A DNA stretch of 64,000 nucleotides from Thermoplasmata archaeon (GTDB lineage: Archaea; Thermoplasmatota; Thermoplasmata; RBG-16-68-12). This document shows, piece after piece, positions 1-8,300 of this stretch (positions are counted from its first letter, which is position 1; each line of letters starts with the position of its first letter). The stretch is taken from the NCBI GenBank assembly GCA_035636315.1, contig DASPZJ010000021.1, positions 1,667 through 65,666 of the forward strand. Direction: 5' to 3'. Below the pieces are notes generated by a model, which did not search any database, was not told the DNA's origin, and was given only the letters and a program-made list of their open reading frames with translations. Both the position numbers and the translations under genes were made by a program.

Positions 1-145
1 CGGTGGTGGCAACACCATCAATGAAGGCGACCAGTTCCGCGTGGCGGGCAACAACGTAGCCCTCTCGCCATCGGGCTCGTATGTGTTCTATCTGCTTTGG
101 AGCGACGGCGGCCAGATCCAGACCCGAAACTGGAACGTCGCTTAG
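1..145 (+). CDS. C-terminal fragment of an archaeal pilin-like (class III signal peptide family) protein, paralog of 418..921
   Basis: Frame starting at nt 2 translates to GGGNTINEGDQFRVAGNNVALSPSGSYVFYLLWSDGGQIQTRNWNVA*. This is near-identical to the C-terminus of the 418..921 product, and the same hairpin follows. Confidence 0.5.
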   Translation, partial: GGGNTINEGDQFRVAGNNVALSPSGSYVFYLLWSDGGQIQTRNWNVA

Positions 146-156
146 TCGCGCAGCAC

Positions 157-196
157 GAGGGCCTCCGGGCCCTCCCCTTTCATCTTTCTGTTCTCC
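157..196 (+). terminator. Intrinsic terminator-like hairpin (GAGGGCC-tccg-GGCCCTC) followed by a T-rich tract
   Basis: Perfect 7-bp inverted repeat directly after the stop codon, then ccctttcatctttctgttctcc. A near-identical element follows the paralog at 933..972. Confidence 0.5.
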
Positions 197-417
197 ACGA
201 GGCTGGCCTCGCTCGCCGCTCGTGGGCCGACTCGCTCCGACCTCGGGACACCTTGCGGCCGTGCGCGCGGTTGCGGTCCACCTACTGGCCGATTGTGGGT
301 CCCTGTCCCAGGCTCGGGATTGGCCGACGGTTTCATGATTGATTTTCAAAACGACACCCTGATATGGTCCTCGGAGGCTGAGCACGATGCGGCGAATGCC
401 GCAGCGAGGACAAAACC

Positions 418-921
418 ATGAAGAGCATCATCCGCAAGGATGAGGCAGCCGTGTCCCCCGTCATTGCGACCATCCTGATGGTCGCGATCACGGTGGTGCT
501 AGCCGCCGTGCTATACGTGATGGTCTCCGGCCTGCTGGTCGGCCCTGGCGCCACGAGGCCCCAGATAACCTTCGGCTCGGTGGACCTCAGTACCAGCCCG
601 GGAAACGCGACGTTCGCGATCGCGGGCGTCACGCAGGCGGTCGGCCCGTCGAACTACAAGGTGAACTTGCAGCGAGGGACGAGCGCCGGAACAGCGATTG
701 CGATGGCCACGACGAGCGGTGGATACGCCAGCGTCACCATCAGTGGCACCGTCTACCGGATCTACTGGACCGACATCGGTGGTGGGAACACCATCAATGA
801 AGGCGACCAGTTCCGCGTGACGGGCAACGGCGTCGCGCTCACGACGGCCTCATCGTATGTGTTCTACCTGCTGTGGAGCGACGGCGGCCAGATCCAGACT
901 CGGAGTTGGACCGTCGCGTAG
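418..921 (+). CDS. Archaeal type IV pilin-like protein with class III signal peptide (Pilin_N/DUF1628-like N-terminus)
   Basis: The N-terminus MKSIIRKDEAAVSPVIATILMVAITVVLAAVLYVMVSG matches the archaeal pilin N-terminal consensus (R/K..AVSPVI..ILMVAITVVLAAV). One N-x-T sequon (NATF). Tandem paralog of the fragment at 1..145. Confidence 0.7.
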   Translation: MKSIIRKDEAAVSPVIATILMVAITVVLAAVLYVMVSGLLVGPGATRPQITFGSVDLSTSPGNATFAIAGVTQAVGPSNYKVNLQRGTSAGTAIAMATTSGGYASVTISGTVYRIYWTDIGGGNTINEGDQFRVTGNGVALTTASSYVFYLLWSDGGQIQTRSWTVA

Positions 922-932
922 TGACACGACAC

Positions 933-972
933 GAGGGCCTTCGGGCCCTCCCTTTCACCTTTCTCGCTTCGT
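933..972 (+). terminator. Intrinsic terminator-like hairpin (GAGGGCC-ttcg-GGCCCTC) followed by a T-rich tract
   Basis: Duplicate of the 157..196 element, with the same stem and ccctttcacctttctcgcttcgt downstream. Confidence 0.5.
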
Positions 973-1214
973 ATCTGGAACGCCGCCCTCGCCACTCCAG
1001 CATGGGAATTTCACGGGCGTACAATAAGCCCTTAATATCGTGGGGGGCTGGACGACGACCGAAGCGTTGCGAACCCGGTTCACGATGATGCGCCGGTGCC
1101 GCCACCCCTCTCCCTCCGCGGCGACCCCGGCGCTTTTCCCTCTCCGAGGGGCATTCCACCGGAACCGCTAAGGCCGCAGAACCCCCTCGGTAACCTGTGC
1201 GCGGAGGGAACTCG

Positions 1215-1367
1215 ATGGATGGCGGAAGGGCGAGCGACGGCCGAATCGGATTCGCGACGTACTTCGACCCGAAGCCCCGGAGGGCGCTCGCAGGCCTCGA
1301 GTGGTGGGAGGTCGCGGCCGTCGTGATCGTGGCCGTGGCCCTGATTTGGCAGTGGTTCTTCCTGTGA
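1215..1367 (+). CDS. Candidate 50-aa single-TM small membrane protein (below the ORF-track length cutoff)
   Basis: GGAGGG lies 6 nt upstream of the ATG. Translation MDGGRASDGRIGFATYFDPKPRRALAGLEWWEVAAVVIVAVALIWQWFFL* has a C-terminal hydrophobic helix. It sits in an otherwise gene-free 430-bp gap. Confidence 0.3.
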   Translation: MDGGRASDGRIGFATYFDPKPRRALAGLEWWEVAAVVIVAVALIWQWFFL

Positions 1368-1394
1368 CGCCCGGGACCGGCCCGGCCGGACGGC

Positions 1395-1649
1395 TCACCA
1401 CGTCCACTTGAACTCTTCGATCGGCAGGGCGAGGGAGGTCGTCGCGTCGGTGACGCGGCTGAACTGCACCATGAAGTCCGCCGCCGTCGAGGCGTCGGGC
1501 GCCTCGAAGATCACGATGGCATCCGGCTTTCCGAGGAGCCCGAGGAACTCGTGCACCATCACGTTGTTCGGGAGTTTCGGGTGCTTGAAGAGCCGCGTCG
1601 CATCCTCCCACTGGCCGGGGAGGACCCGGAGCTGGGTCACGAAGAGCAT
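1395..1649 (-). CDS. Hypothetical small protein (84 aa), possibly an alpha/beta-barrel-like fold
   Basis: The ORF has non-R-rich, protein-like composition (MLFVTQLRVLPGQWEDATRLFKHPKLPNNVMVHEF...). No confident family assignment. Confidence 0.45.
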   Translation of the reverse strand: MLFVTQLRVLPGQWEDATRLFKHPKLPNNVMVHEFLGLLGKPDAIVIFEAPDASTAADFMVQFSRVTDATTSLALPIEEFKWTW

Positions 1650-1705
1650 GGCCTCACGCGGCCGCCATCATCCGGAGGACGCTATATAACCGTGCCGCGC
1701 GGCCT

Positions 1706-2263
1706 CTAGGGGGCGTCCGTGTCGGCCCCGTCGAGGCGGTGGACGCGGACGTCGATCAGGTGCGACTGGGCGACGGTCGTGCCGAGGATCTTGTCGGACC
1801 ACCGCTGCCGCGGGTCTCCGTCGACGACGAGGCCGGCGAGCGTGTCGAGGAGGGGAAACGCGAACCAGAACAGCTTGGGGAAGTTCCGGACCGCGGCTTT
1901 CCTGAGGGTCATCGGCCCGCGGAGCGATCGGACCTCGAGGCCGAGGATGAACTTCCCGAGCGTGCACCGCGCGACCGCCTCCATGGCCGTCGAGTAAGCA
2001 TAGAGAAGGAATCCGCCGAGGACGCCGTAAATCCAGGACTGCCGGACCCCCGCGAGATAGAGGAACGACCAGAGGGGCGCGAAGATGATCGCGAGGTCGA
2101 GGAAGAACGCGACGACGCGTTTCGCCCAATGGATCTGGAACGTCCGGTTGTGTCCGATCAGGTCGAAACCGCTCACCATGCGTGCCTCCCGCGAATCGAA
2201 CGGCGTCTTGCTAGAAAAAGAATCCGTCCCCGCGAGGCGTCCGCGTTGACAAACCGAAGCCAC
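1706..2263 (-). CDS. RDD-family membrane protein (start may be the internal Met at 2182)
   Basis: Several hydrophobic helices and an R..D..D arrangement (RDRDEPP-like). Trimmed length 159-185 aa. The N-terminal 27 aa are R/S-rich and may be non-coding. Confidence 0.55.
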   Translation of the reverse strand: MASVCQRGRLAGTDSFSSKTPFDSREARMVSGFDLIGHNRTFQIHWAKRVVAFFLDLAIIFAPLWSFLYLAGVRQSWIYGVLGGFLLYAYSTAMEAVARCTLGKFILGLEVRSLRGPMTLRKAAVRNFPKLFWFAFPLLDTLAGLVVDGDPRQRWSDKILGTTVAQSHLIDVRVHRLDGADTDAP

Positions 2264-2389
2264 TCAGATTTCCCCTCTCAAAACTGAGAGGAGCAAATCC
2301 TGAACACCATTGCCTATCCCGCTTCCCTCACAGACCGTTGGCGCCGATGACCGAAGCCTTATAGTCGGTCTTGACTCTGATATCTGCTC

Positions 2390-2770
2390 GTGGGCGCGAC
2401 AAGCAAGAAAGCCCGGGACCGACAGCATGCCGGCCGCTACTCCCAGAGCGAGTTCAGCAGAGAGGGACGTGCTTTCCCATCTCTGGAAAATCCGGTCCAG
2501 TTACTGGCTGAGCCAGAATATGTCGTCAGGTTCCGCGGGAAAGATTGGGGCCTGAGTGAGCCACGGGAGGTTGCAATGACTAACCAGTATCTCACTCGCT
2601 TGCTAGAGAAACAGGTAAGCGCTTCGCCTGACCCGCTCAGTCGGAAGGCGAGCCTAAGAGCCTTGGCCGATGAACCCGTTGAGGTCGTTGTTTTGGGGTA
2701 TGACGTGTTCATCCGCTTCACGGTGAAAGAACTCATAGATGGCCAACAAGACTTCTTCAATATCGAGTGA
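2390..2770 (+). CDS. Hypothetical protein inside the low-GC island; coding status uncertain
   Basis: GTG-initiated ORF with a protein-like C-terminal half (VVVLGYDVFIRFTVKELIDGQQDFFNIE). It overlaps the next ORF by GTGA. The local GC (~50%) is far below the flanks. Confidence 0.3.
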   Translation: MGATSKKARDRQHAGRYSQSEFSREGRAFPSLENPVQLLAEPEYVVRFRGKDWGLSEPREVAMTNQYLTRLLEKQVSASPDPLSRKASLRALADEPVEVVVLGYDVFIRFTVKELIDGQQDFFNIE

Positions 2771-3088
2771 AACTCGCAAATCGCCTCAAACCCGAAAATT
2801 CCAACCTGAGTCATTTTCGACGAAACAGGCTCTTTGCACAAAGTATCGGGACGGGCTGCAATCCCTCGAAAATCAAGGAATATGCAGAACGGTTCGAGCG
2901 ATCCATGTTCAGTTTGTCCAAGATGTCGATTCGGGAATTTGTCGCAAGCATCCAAACGGCCCAGAGAAACCTAGTCGCCCATCACTTTTGGGATTTGCCA
3001 CTCAGATCGCCCATCATTCATCACAGGTCAGCGTCGGTTCAATCATCACGGTGGCGGCCGAACAAGGGCCCCCTCGCTGAAAGGTTTT

Positions 3089-3961
3089 GTGTCGGAGCCC
3101 GAGCCGACGACACCTATATCTCCGGCCCTCCGCTTGGGCCGTTCGGTGGAGCCTTCGGCGGTGGTGGTTCGCATCGAAGGGGTCCTCGCGGACCTCGTGC
3201 AGCCGGCCGACTACGTCCGCTGGGAGTACCTGTCCCGCCAGCGTCTCCTGGCGACCCAGATTACGAGCTTCCGCGATCACGCCTCGCCGCGGGTCCTCGA
3301 CATCGGATGCGGCAATGGCGCCCTCTCCCTGGCCCTCTCGGAGGCCGCGGGGTTCGACCTCGTCGCGATGGACATCCTCCCCCTCCGCACCTCCGTGGTC
3401 CAGGCCCGGAAACGAGGCCGCGCGAGGGCGGCCACCCTCCACGTCCTCCTCGCGAACGCGGAGAGAGGCTTGCCTTTCCGGGACGAGACGTTCGACGCGG
3501 TCGTCGCGACGGAGGTCCTCGAACACCTCGACAAGCCGGTCCGGTTGCTCGGTGAAGTCCACCGGGTCCTGCGACCTGGAGGCCGTTTCTTCATGACGAC
3601 ACCCAACGCCGACGCCCTCCCGTACCGACTGTTGAGGTTCCTTCCGGACTCCGTCGTGCGCAACCTGGCAGGACCGCTGACGCACGGGGCCCTCCATCCA
3701 GAGCTCCTCCACGACGCCTCGCACGCGACGACGCCGAACCATCCCGACGAGCATCGAAGGGAGGGATTCACGCTATCGGAACTCGAGTCGCTCGGGGCCA
3801 TGACCGGCTTGCGGGTCATCCGGCGCTTCACATACCGCATCCCGCTCCCCGACCGACTGATGAACGCGGTCCCCCGGCGCCTCTCGCGACGGCTCGCGGT
3901 CCTCGGGACCCGACCCCTGCCGATGGGCCTCCAACTGTACGCGGAGTTCGAGAGAGCGTGA
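3089..3961 (+). CDS. Class I SAM-dependent methyltransferase
   Basis: Motif I VLDIGCGNGALS, an acidic post-motif (DLVAMD), and a DAVVATEVLEHL motif. GTG start. Confidence 0.8.
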   Translation: MSEPEPTTPISPALRLGRSVEPSAVVVRIEGVLADLVQPADYVRWEYLSRQRLLATQITSFRDHASPRVLDIGCGNGALSLALSEAAGFDLVAMDILPLRTSVVQARKRGRARAATLHVLLANAERGLPFRDETFDAVVATEVLEHLDKPVRLLGEVHRVLRPGGRFFMTTPNADALPYRLLRFLPDSVVRNLAGPLTHGALHPELLHDASHATTPNHPDEHRREGFTLSELESLGAMTGLRVIRRFTYRIPLPDRLMNAVPRRLSRRLAVLGTRPLPMGLQLYAEFERA

Positions 3962-4473
3962 CGACGGGAATGCCCGCAATCCGACTCGTTGCGTACCATG
4001 CCGGCCAGTGCGATCCGAAGAAGTGCACATCGCGCCGCCTCGAACGGCTCGGCCTCATGACGTTCGTCCCGCGGCCTCGCTCGTTGCCCCGAAGTGCCGT
4101 GCTGCTCACGCCGAACGCCGAACGCGCCCTGTCCCCCGCGGACGCGCCGCGCGCGGAGCGGCACGGCCTGGCGGTGATCGACGTCTCGTGGAAGCGGGGG
4201 ACGTTCCCGAGCGTCCCGCACGCCGCCGCGCGGGCGCTCCCGTACCTCCTCGCGGCGAATCCGGTGAACTACGGCAAGCCCTTCGTCCTGTCGTCCGTCG
4301 AAGCACTGGCCGCGGCGCTCGTGATCTTCGGCCGAGAGCTGGAAGCGCGCGCCATCCTCGCAAAGTTCGCTTGGGGCGATCAATTCCTCATCCTGAATCG
4401 TGAGCCCCTCGAAGCGTACGCGGGGGCGCGAGACAGCGCGCAGATTGTCGCTGCACAGGCCGAATTCATCTAG
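3958..4473 (+). CDS. tsr3: 16S/18S rRNA aminocarboxypropyltransferase Tsr3 (DUF367)
   Basis: VAYHAGQCDPKKCTSRRLERLGL and AANPVNYGKPFVLSSVEALAAALVIFG match the Tsr3 family. 4-nt overlap with the upstream methyltransferase. Confidence 0.75.
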   Translation: MTTGMPAIRLVAYHAGQCDPKKCTSRRLERLGLMTFVPRPRSLPRSAVLLTPNAERALSPADAPRAERHGLAVIDVSWKRGTFPSVPHAAARALPYLLAANPVNYGKPFVLSSVEALAAALVIFGRELEARAILAKFAWGDQFLILNREPLEAYAGARDSAQIVAAQAEFI

Positions 4474-4525
4474 CCCGGATTTCGGAGGGCTCCGTCGCCG
4501 ACCGAGGCTAGGCCAAAATTAGGAC

Positions 4526-5014
4526 ATGCCCGAACGACCAGCAAGGGTTCATTTCCTCGTGTTGCGGTTTGACCGCTTCGAAATGAAGGCCGAGAACCGA
4601 GCCCTCGCGGTGGCTGTGCTGACATTCGTCCTGGTTGTCGCCGGAGCCGCAGCCTACGTCCTCTCGGTCCCCACCGTGCTCGTCGTCCCCGCCGGAAGGG
4701 TTTTCTCGGAGAGCGAGGCCCAGACGTGGGCTCGCCACTTTACGGTCTCCGGGGCGGGCGCACACGTGGTTGGAGCTTGGACCGCGTTCGACGGGTACGG
4801 ATGGCCCGGCCTCGTGGTGTTGAACGGGACCGTGGAGAAGCCTTGGCCGCCTCCCGTTATGTTCTGCCCCCTCGAACATTCGTGGACCCGGTTCAATGGG
4901 AGCATCGACGTGCCCGTCACCACAGGTCCCCATACGGTGTACTGGACCACGGGCTACTGTTCGGACGCCTCGAAAATCGTCGTGACCGAACCGATCCTGA
5001 TCGTGTACCGCTGA
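4526..5014 (+). CDS. Hypothetical N-terminally anchored exported protein
   Basis: TM helix ALAVAVLTFVLVVAGAAAYVLSV, probably starting at MKAENR (4583). Contains an NGT sequon. No family recognised. Confidence 0.45.
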   Translation: MPERPARVHFLVLRFDRFEMKAENRALAVAVLTFVLVVAGAAAYVLSVPTVLVVPAGRVFSESEAQTWARHFTVSGAGAHVVGAWTAFDGYGWPGLVVLNGTVEKPWPPPVMFCPLEHSWTRFNGSIDVPVTTGPHTVYWTTGYCSDASKIVVTEPILIVYR

Positions 5015-5041
5015 CGGACGAATCGACCGGGAAAGCAGACG

Positions 5042-5218
5042 TCACTTGAAGTCCGGCGGCAAGAGATCCGGAATTCCGTCCGTGATCTCGTAGCGATGGT
5101 TGCAGTTCTTGCAGAACAAGGACCCTTCGAGGATCTCGTCCTTCTCGGCCTTCACGGTCAGCTCGAGGTCGCCCTTGCAGACCGGGCAGCAGAGGATCTC
5201 CATGAGGTCCCGCTTCAT
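5042..5218 (-). CDS. trm112: Trm112-like small zinc-ribbon protein (methyltransferase activator family)
   Basis: 58-aa product MKRDLMEILCCPVCKGDLELTVKAEKDEILEGSLFCKNCNHRYEITDGIPDLLPPDFK. It has the CPxC...CxxC pattern of Trm112/YcaR. The upstream part of the 129-aa ORF is rejected. Confidence 0.7.
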   Translation of the reverse strand: MKRDLMEILCCPVCKGDLELTVKAEKDEILEGSLFCKNCNHRYEITDGIPDLLPPDFK

Positions 5219-5348
5219 CGCGCGCGGGAAGTGCGGGCCCGGGCTTAAGCCCATCGCGGTCTGCGCCGTTCGAGCGCTGCGCCAAAAGCCTCTTGCGATG
5301 CCCTCGCTTGTGGAGGCCTTCGCGCCCTCCGCGGATTCCCGAGAACGG

Positions 5349-5356
5349 ATATATAG
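5349..5356 (+). promoter_or_regulatory. TATA-box-like element (atatatag) upstream of aglB; GGAGG at 5383..5387
   Basis: AT-rich octamer ~45 nt upstream of the TTG start. A Shine-Dalgarno-like GGAGG lies 12 nt before the start. Confidence 0.35.
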
Positions 5357-5398
5357 GGGCTCCCTCATGGGCGCAATCTCCCGGAGGTTTGCCGCGTC

Positions 5399-8300
5399 TT
5401 GCAGGAAGAGAAAGGCTGGCTCCATGCCCATTGGCGGACGGGCCTCATCCTCGTGCTGATCTTCGGCGTGGCCCTCTTCGTCCGTGTGTATTTCGTCTAC
5501 GGCCTCTCGTTGGCGACCGCGGCGCCCTCGCAGTGTGACGCGAACTACGTTCCGACATACTCCGGCGGGTCCGACTCGTACTACTGGGACCGCGCCTTAT
5601 GTTATTCCTTCCAGACCGGCAAGGACCTCGGGACCGACCGGATGCTGAACTACCCGGTGAGCTTCCCGAATCCGAGGCCCCCCCTCTTCCCGTGGTTCTC
5701 CCTACTCGTCGGCCGAGTCCTTGCCCCGCTCTTCAACAATGCCTGGGACGCCGTCTACTTCGTGTTCCTCCTCTCGTCGGGCTTGTTCGGGGCGCTCATC
5801 GTGTTCCCGACGTATGCCATGGGCAAGGAGGCGTTCGGCCGGAAGGCCGGGTTGATCGGCGCGCTCCTGATCGCGATCAGCGTCGGCAATCTTCAGAGGA
5901 GCAACTCGACGGACGCGGACCATGACGCGTTCACCCTCTTCTTCGTCGTATCGACGTTCTACTTCTTCCTCCGCGCTCTCAAGACGATGAAGGGCCGGCG
6001 CTGGGTCGAGAACTGGTTCCAGCGGGAGTCGATTTCCGCCGGGTTCGGCGGGTTCTTCCGAGAGAACCGGACGAGCGTCCTCTACGCCTTGCTGGCGGGC
6101 CTCTGCGTCACCGTGATCGCGCTGGCATGGCAAGGCTGGGCGTATGTCAGCGTGATCCTGCTCGTCTGGTTCGCCGCGGAGATGTTCGTCGATCGCTTCC
6201 GCAACGAAGACCCGATGGGCGCGTGGATCCTGTTCACGATCGCCCTCGCGACGCCGATCCTCCTCGCGTTCCAGTGGTACTACGTGCGGAACAACATACG
6301 CGTCTGGTTCGACGTCCCGGCGTACCTCTTCCTCGCGTCGATCGTCGTCGGCTTCGCCTTCACCGTCACGCGCGACTACCCGTGGACCCTCGTGATCCCG
6401 AGCACGCTCATCGCCGGCGCCGTCGGCCTGGCGGTCGGCGTCGCCGTGAACCCGACCCTCGCGAGCGCCTTCGTCACCGGCGCGGGCTACTTCATCCAAT
6501 CCAAGCTCGTCACGACAATCGCAGAGGACCAGGCGCCCGGGATGTCCCAGCTGATCCTGAGCTTCGGCCTCTTCACGTTCGGCATGAGCCTCCTCGCGAT
6601 CGCGTACATGCTGTGGCAGATCCCGCGGCGGCGCGAGCCCGCGTACCGGATCGCAGTGATCTGGACGTTCGTCGCCGTCTTCATGGCGATCACCGCGGCG
6701 CGGTTCATCTTCAACGCTTCCCCCGCGTTCGCGATCGCCGCCGGGTATGCGATCGACCTGGTCCTCGTCCGGGCGGACTTCGCGGGCATGCGGCGCACGT
6801 ACCGCTCGCTCGCGGAGGGCAACTGGCGCAACGCCGTTCGGAAGTCCCTGAAGGTGCGGCACGTCCTCGCCGCCCTCGGCGTGGTCTTTCTCGTCCTCGT
6901 GCCGAACGTCTGGTTCGGGCTCGACGCGGCGATTCCGTTCGAGCTGAAGGCGCAGTACGACCGACAGGTCGCCTCGACCCTGCCGTCGTTCCTCCGCGCC
7001 CCGAGCTACAACCCGAGCAGCAACAGCCCATTCTACTTCGGGGCGTTCGGGTACGCACTGCCGAAGCCGACCGACTACTATCCCGCCGCCTGGACGTGGT
7101 TCCGCACGCAGGACGCGGACGAACCGCCGGAGCTACGGCCCGCGTACCTCTCGTGGTGGGACTACGGCTTCGAGGCGGTCGACCGGGGCGCCCATCCGAC
7201 CGTCGCGGACAACTTCCAGAACGGCTACGCGCTCGCCGGCCAGTTCATCACCGCGCAGAACGAGACGCAAGGCATCGCGCTGCTCGCGGTCCGCCTCATC
7301 GAGGGCGACTTCCGGGCGCACAGCCTCACGATCGGACCGGAGGTCCGGGACATCCTGACGGCGTACGGCATCTCGGCGGACACCTTCGCCGCGGTCCTCG
7401 GCCATCCGAACGTCTACGTGGCCGTCGTACTCGCGGACCCGGTGACGTACGGCGTCTGGGACTCGAACATGCATCCGCTCAACGCGCAATACATCCTGCT
7501 GTCGCACCTCCTCACCGCCCGCTTCGGCGAGGAGCGGATGGTCGACCTGTACCACGCCCTCCGGGACGCGACGGGCACGGACATCGGCTACTTCGCGGTC
7601 GACTCGCGCTTGTTCCCGATCAACGCGCAGAACACGGGCATCTTCTACGCGCCCGTGAAGCTCTCGGATCACCGGGTCATCCAGCTGGCGGACGGCCGCG
7701 TCCTCGCGCCCGACTTCTTCCAGATCTTCGTGAACACGACCCGGGCGACGAACATCCAGATCCAGTTCCTGCAGCCCGGGGACCAGGTTCGGTCCTCGCG
7801 GATCGCGTACCAGCCGGCCTTCTACAATTCGATGTTCTACCGCGCGTACGTCGGGTACTCTCCGACGGAGCTCGGCTTCCCGAACAACCCCGCCATCCCG
7901 GGACTCGATCCGGGGATGCAGTCGTTCCCACCGGTGCCCGCGTGGAACCTGACCCACTGGCGGGTCGTCTATCGTACGTCGTACTACAACCCGTACCTGG
8001 ACGTGTCGAACCACACGGACGCGTGGCAGGCGATGAACTACCTCGACGCGCAGAAGAAGCAGGCGGACATCCAGGCGGGGAAGATCAAGGGGACCGCCGA
8101 CCTTAGCACAATCAGCAGCATCGCGAGCGGCGTCGTCTTCTTGCGGTACTACGACGGCGCTTGGGTCAACGGGACCGTGTCGGCGGACTCCGTGCCCCTC
8201 GCGGGCGTGAACATTACCGTGACGGACGAACTCGGCACGCCGCACTACCGGACCGCGACGGATGCGAGCGGGCACTACAGCGTCCTCGTGCCCTTCGGCA

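Noticed and set aside
2767-3555. 262-aa ORF treated as a real protein
   Set aside because: It has no stop until far inside the well-supported SAM methyltransferase gene. Only its first ~100 codons (in the low-GC island) look protein-like, so it is treated as a possible pseudogene or read-through rather than a gene.
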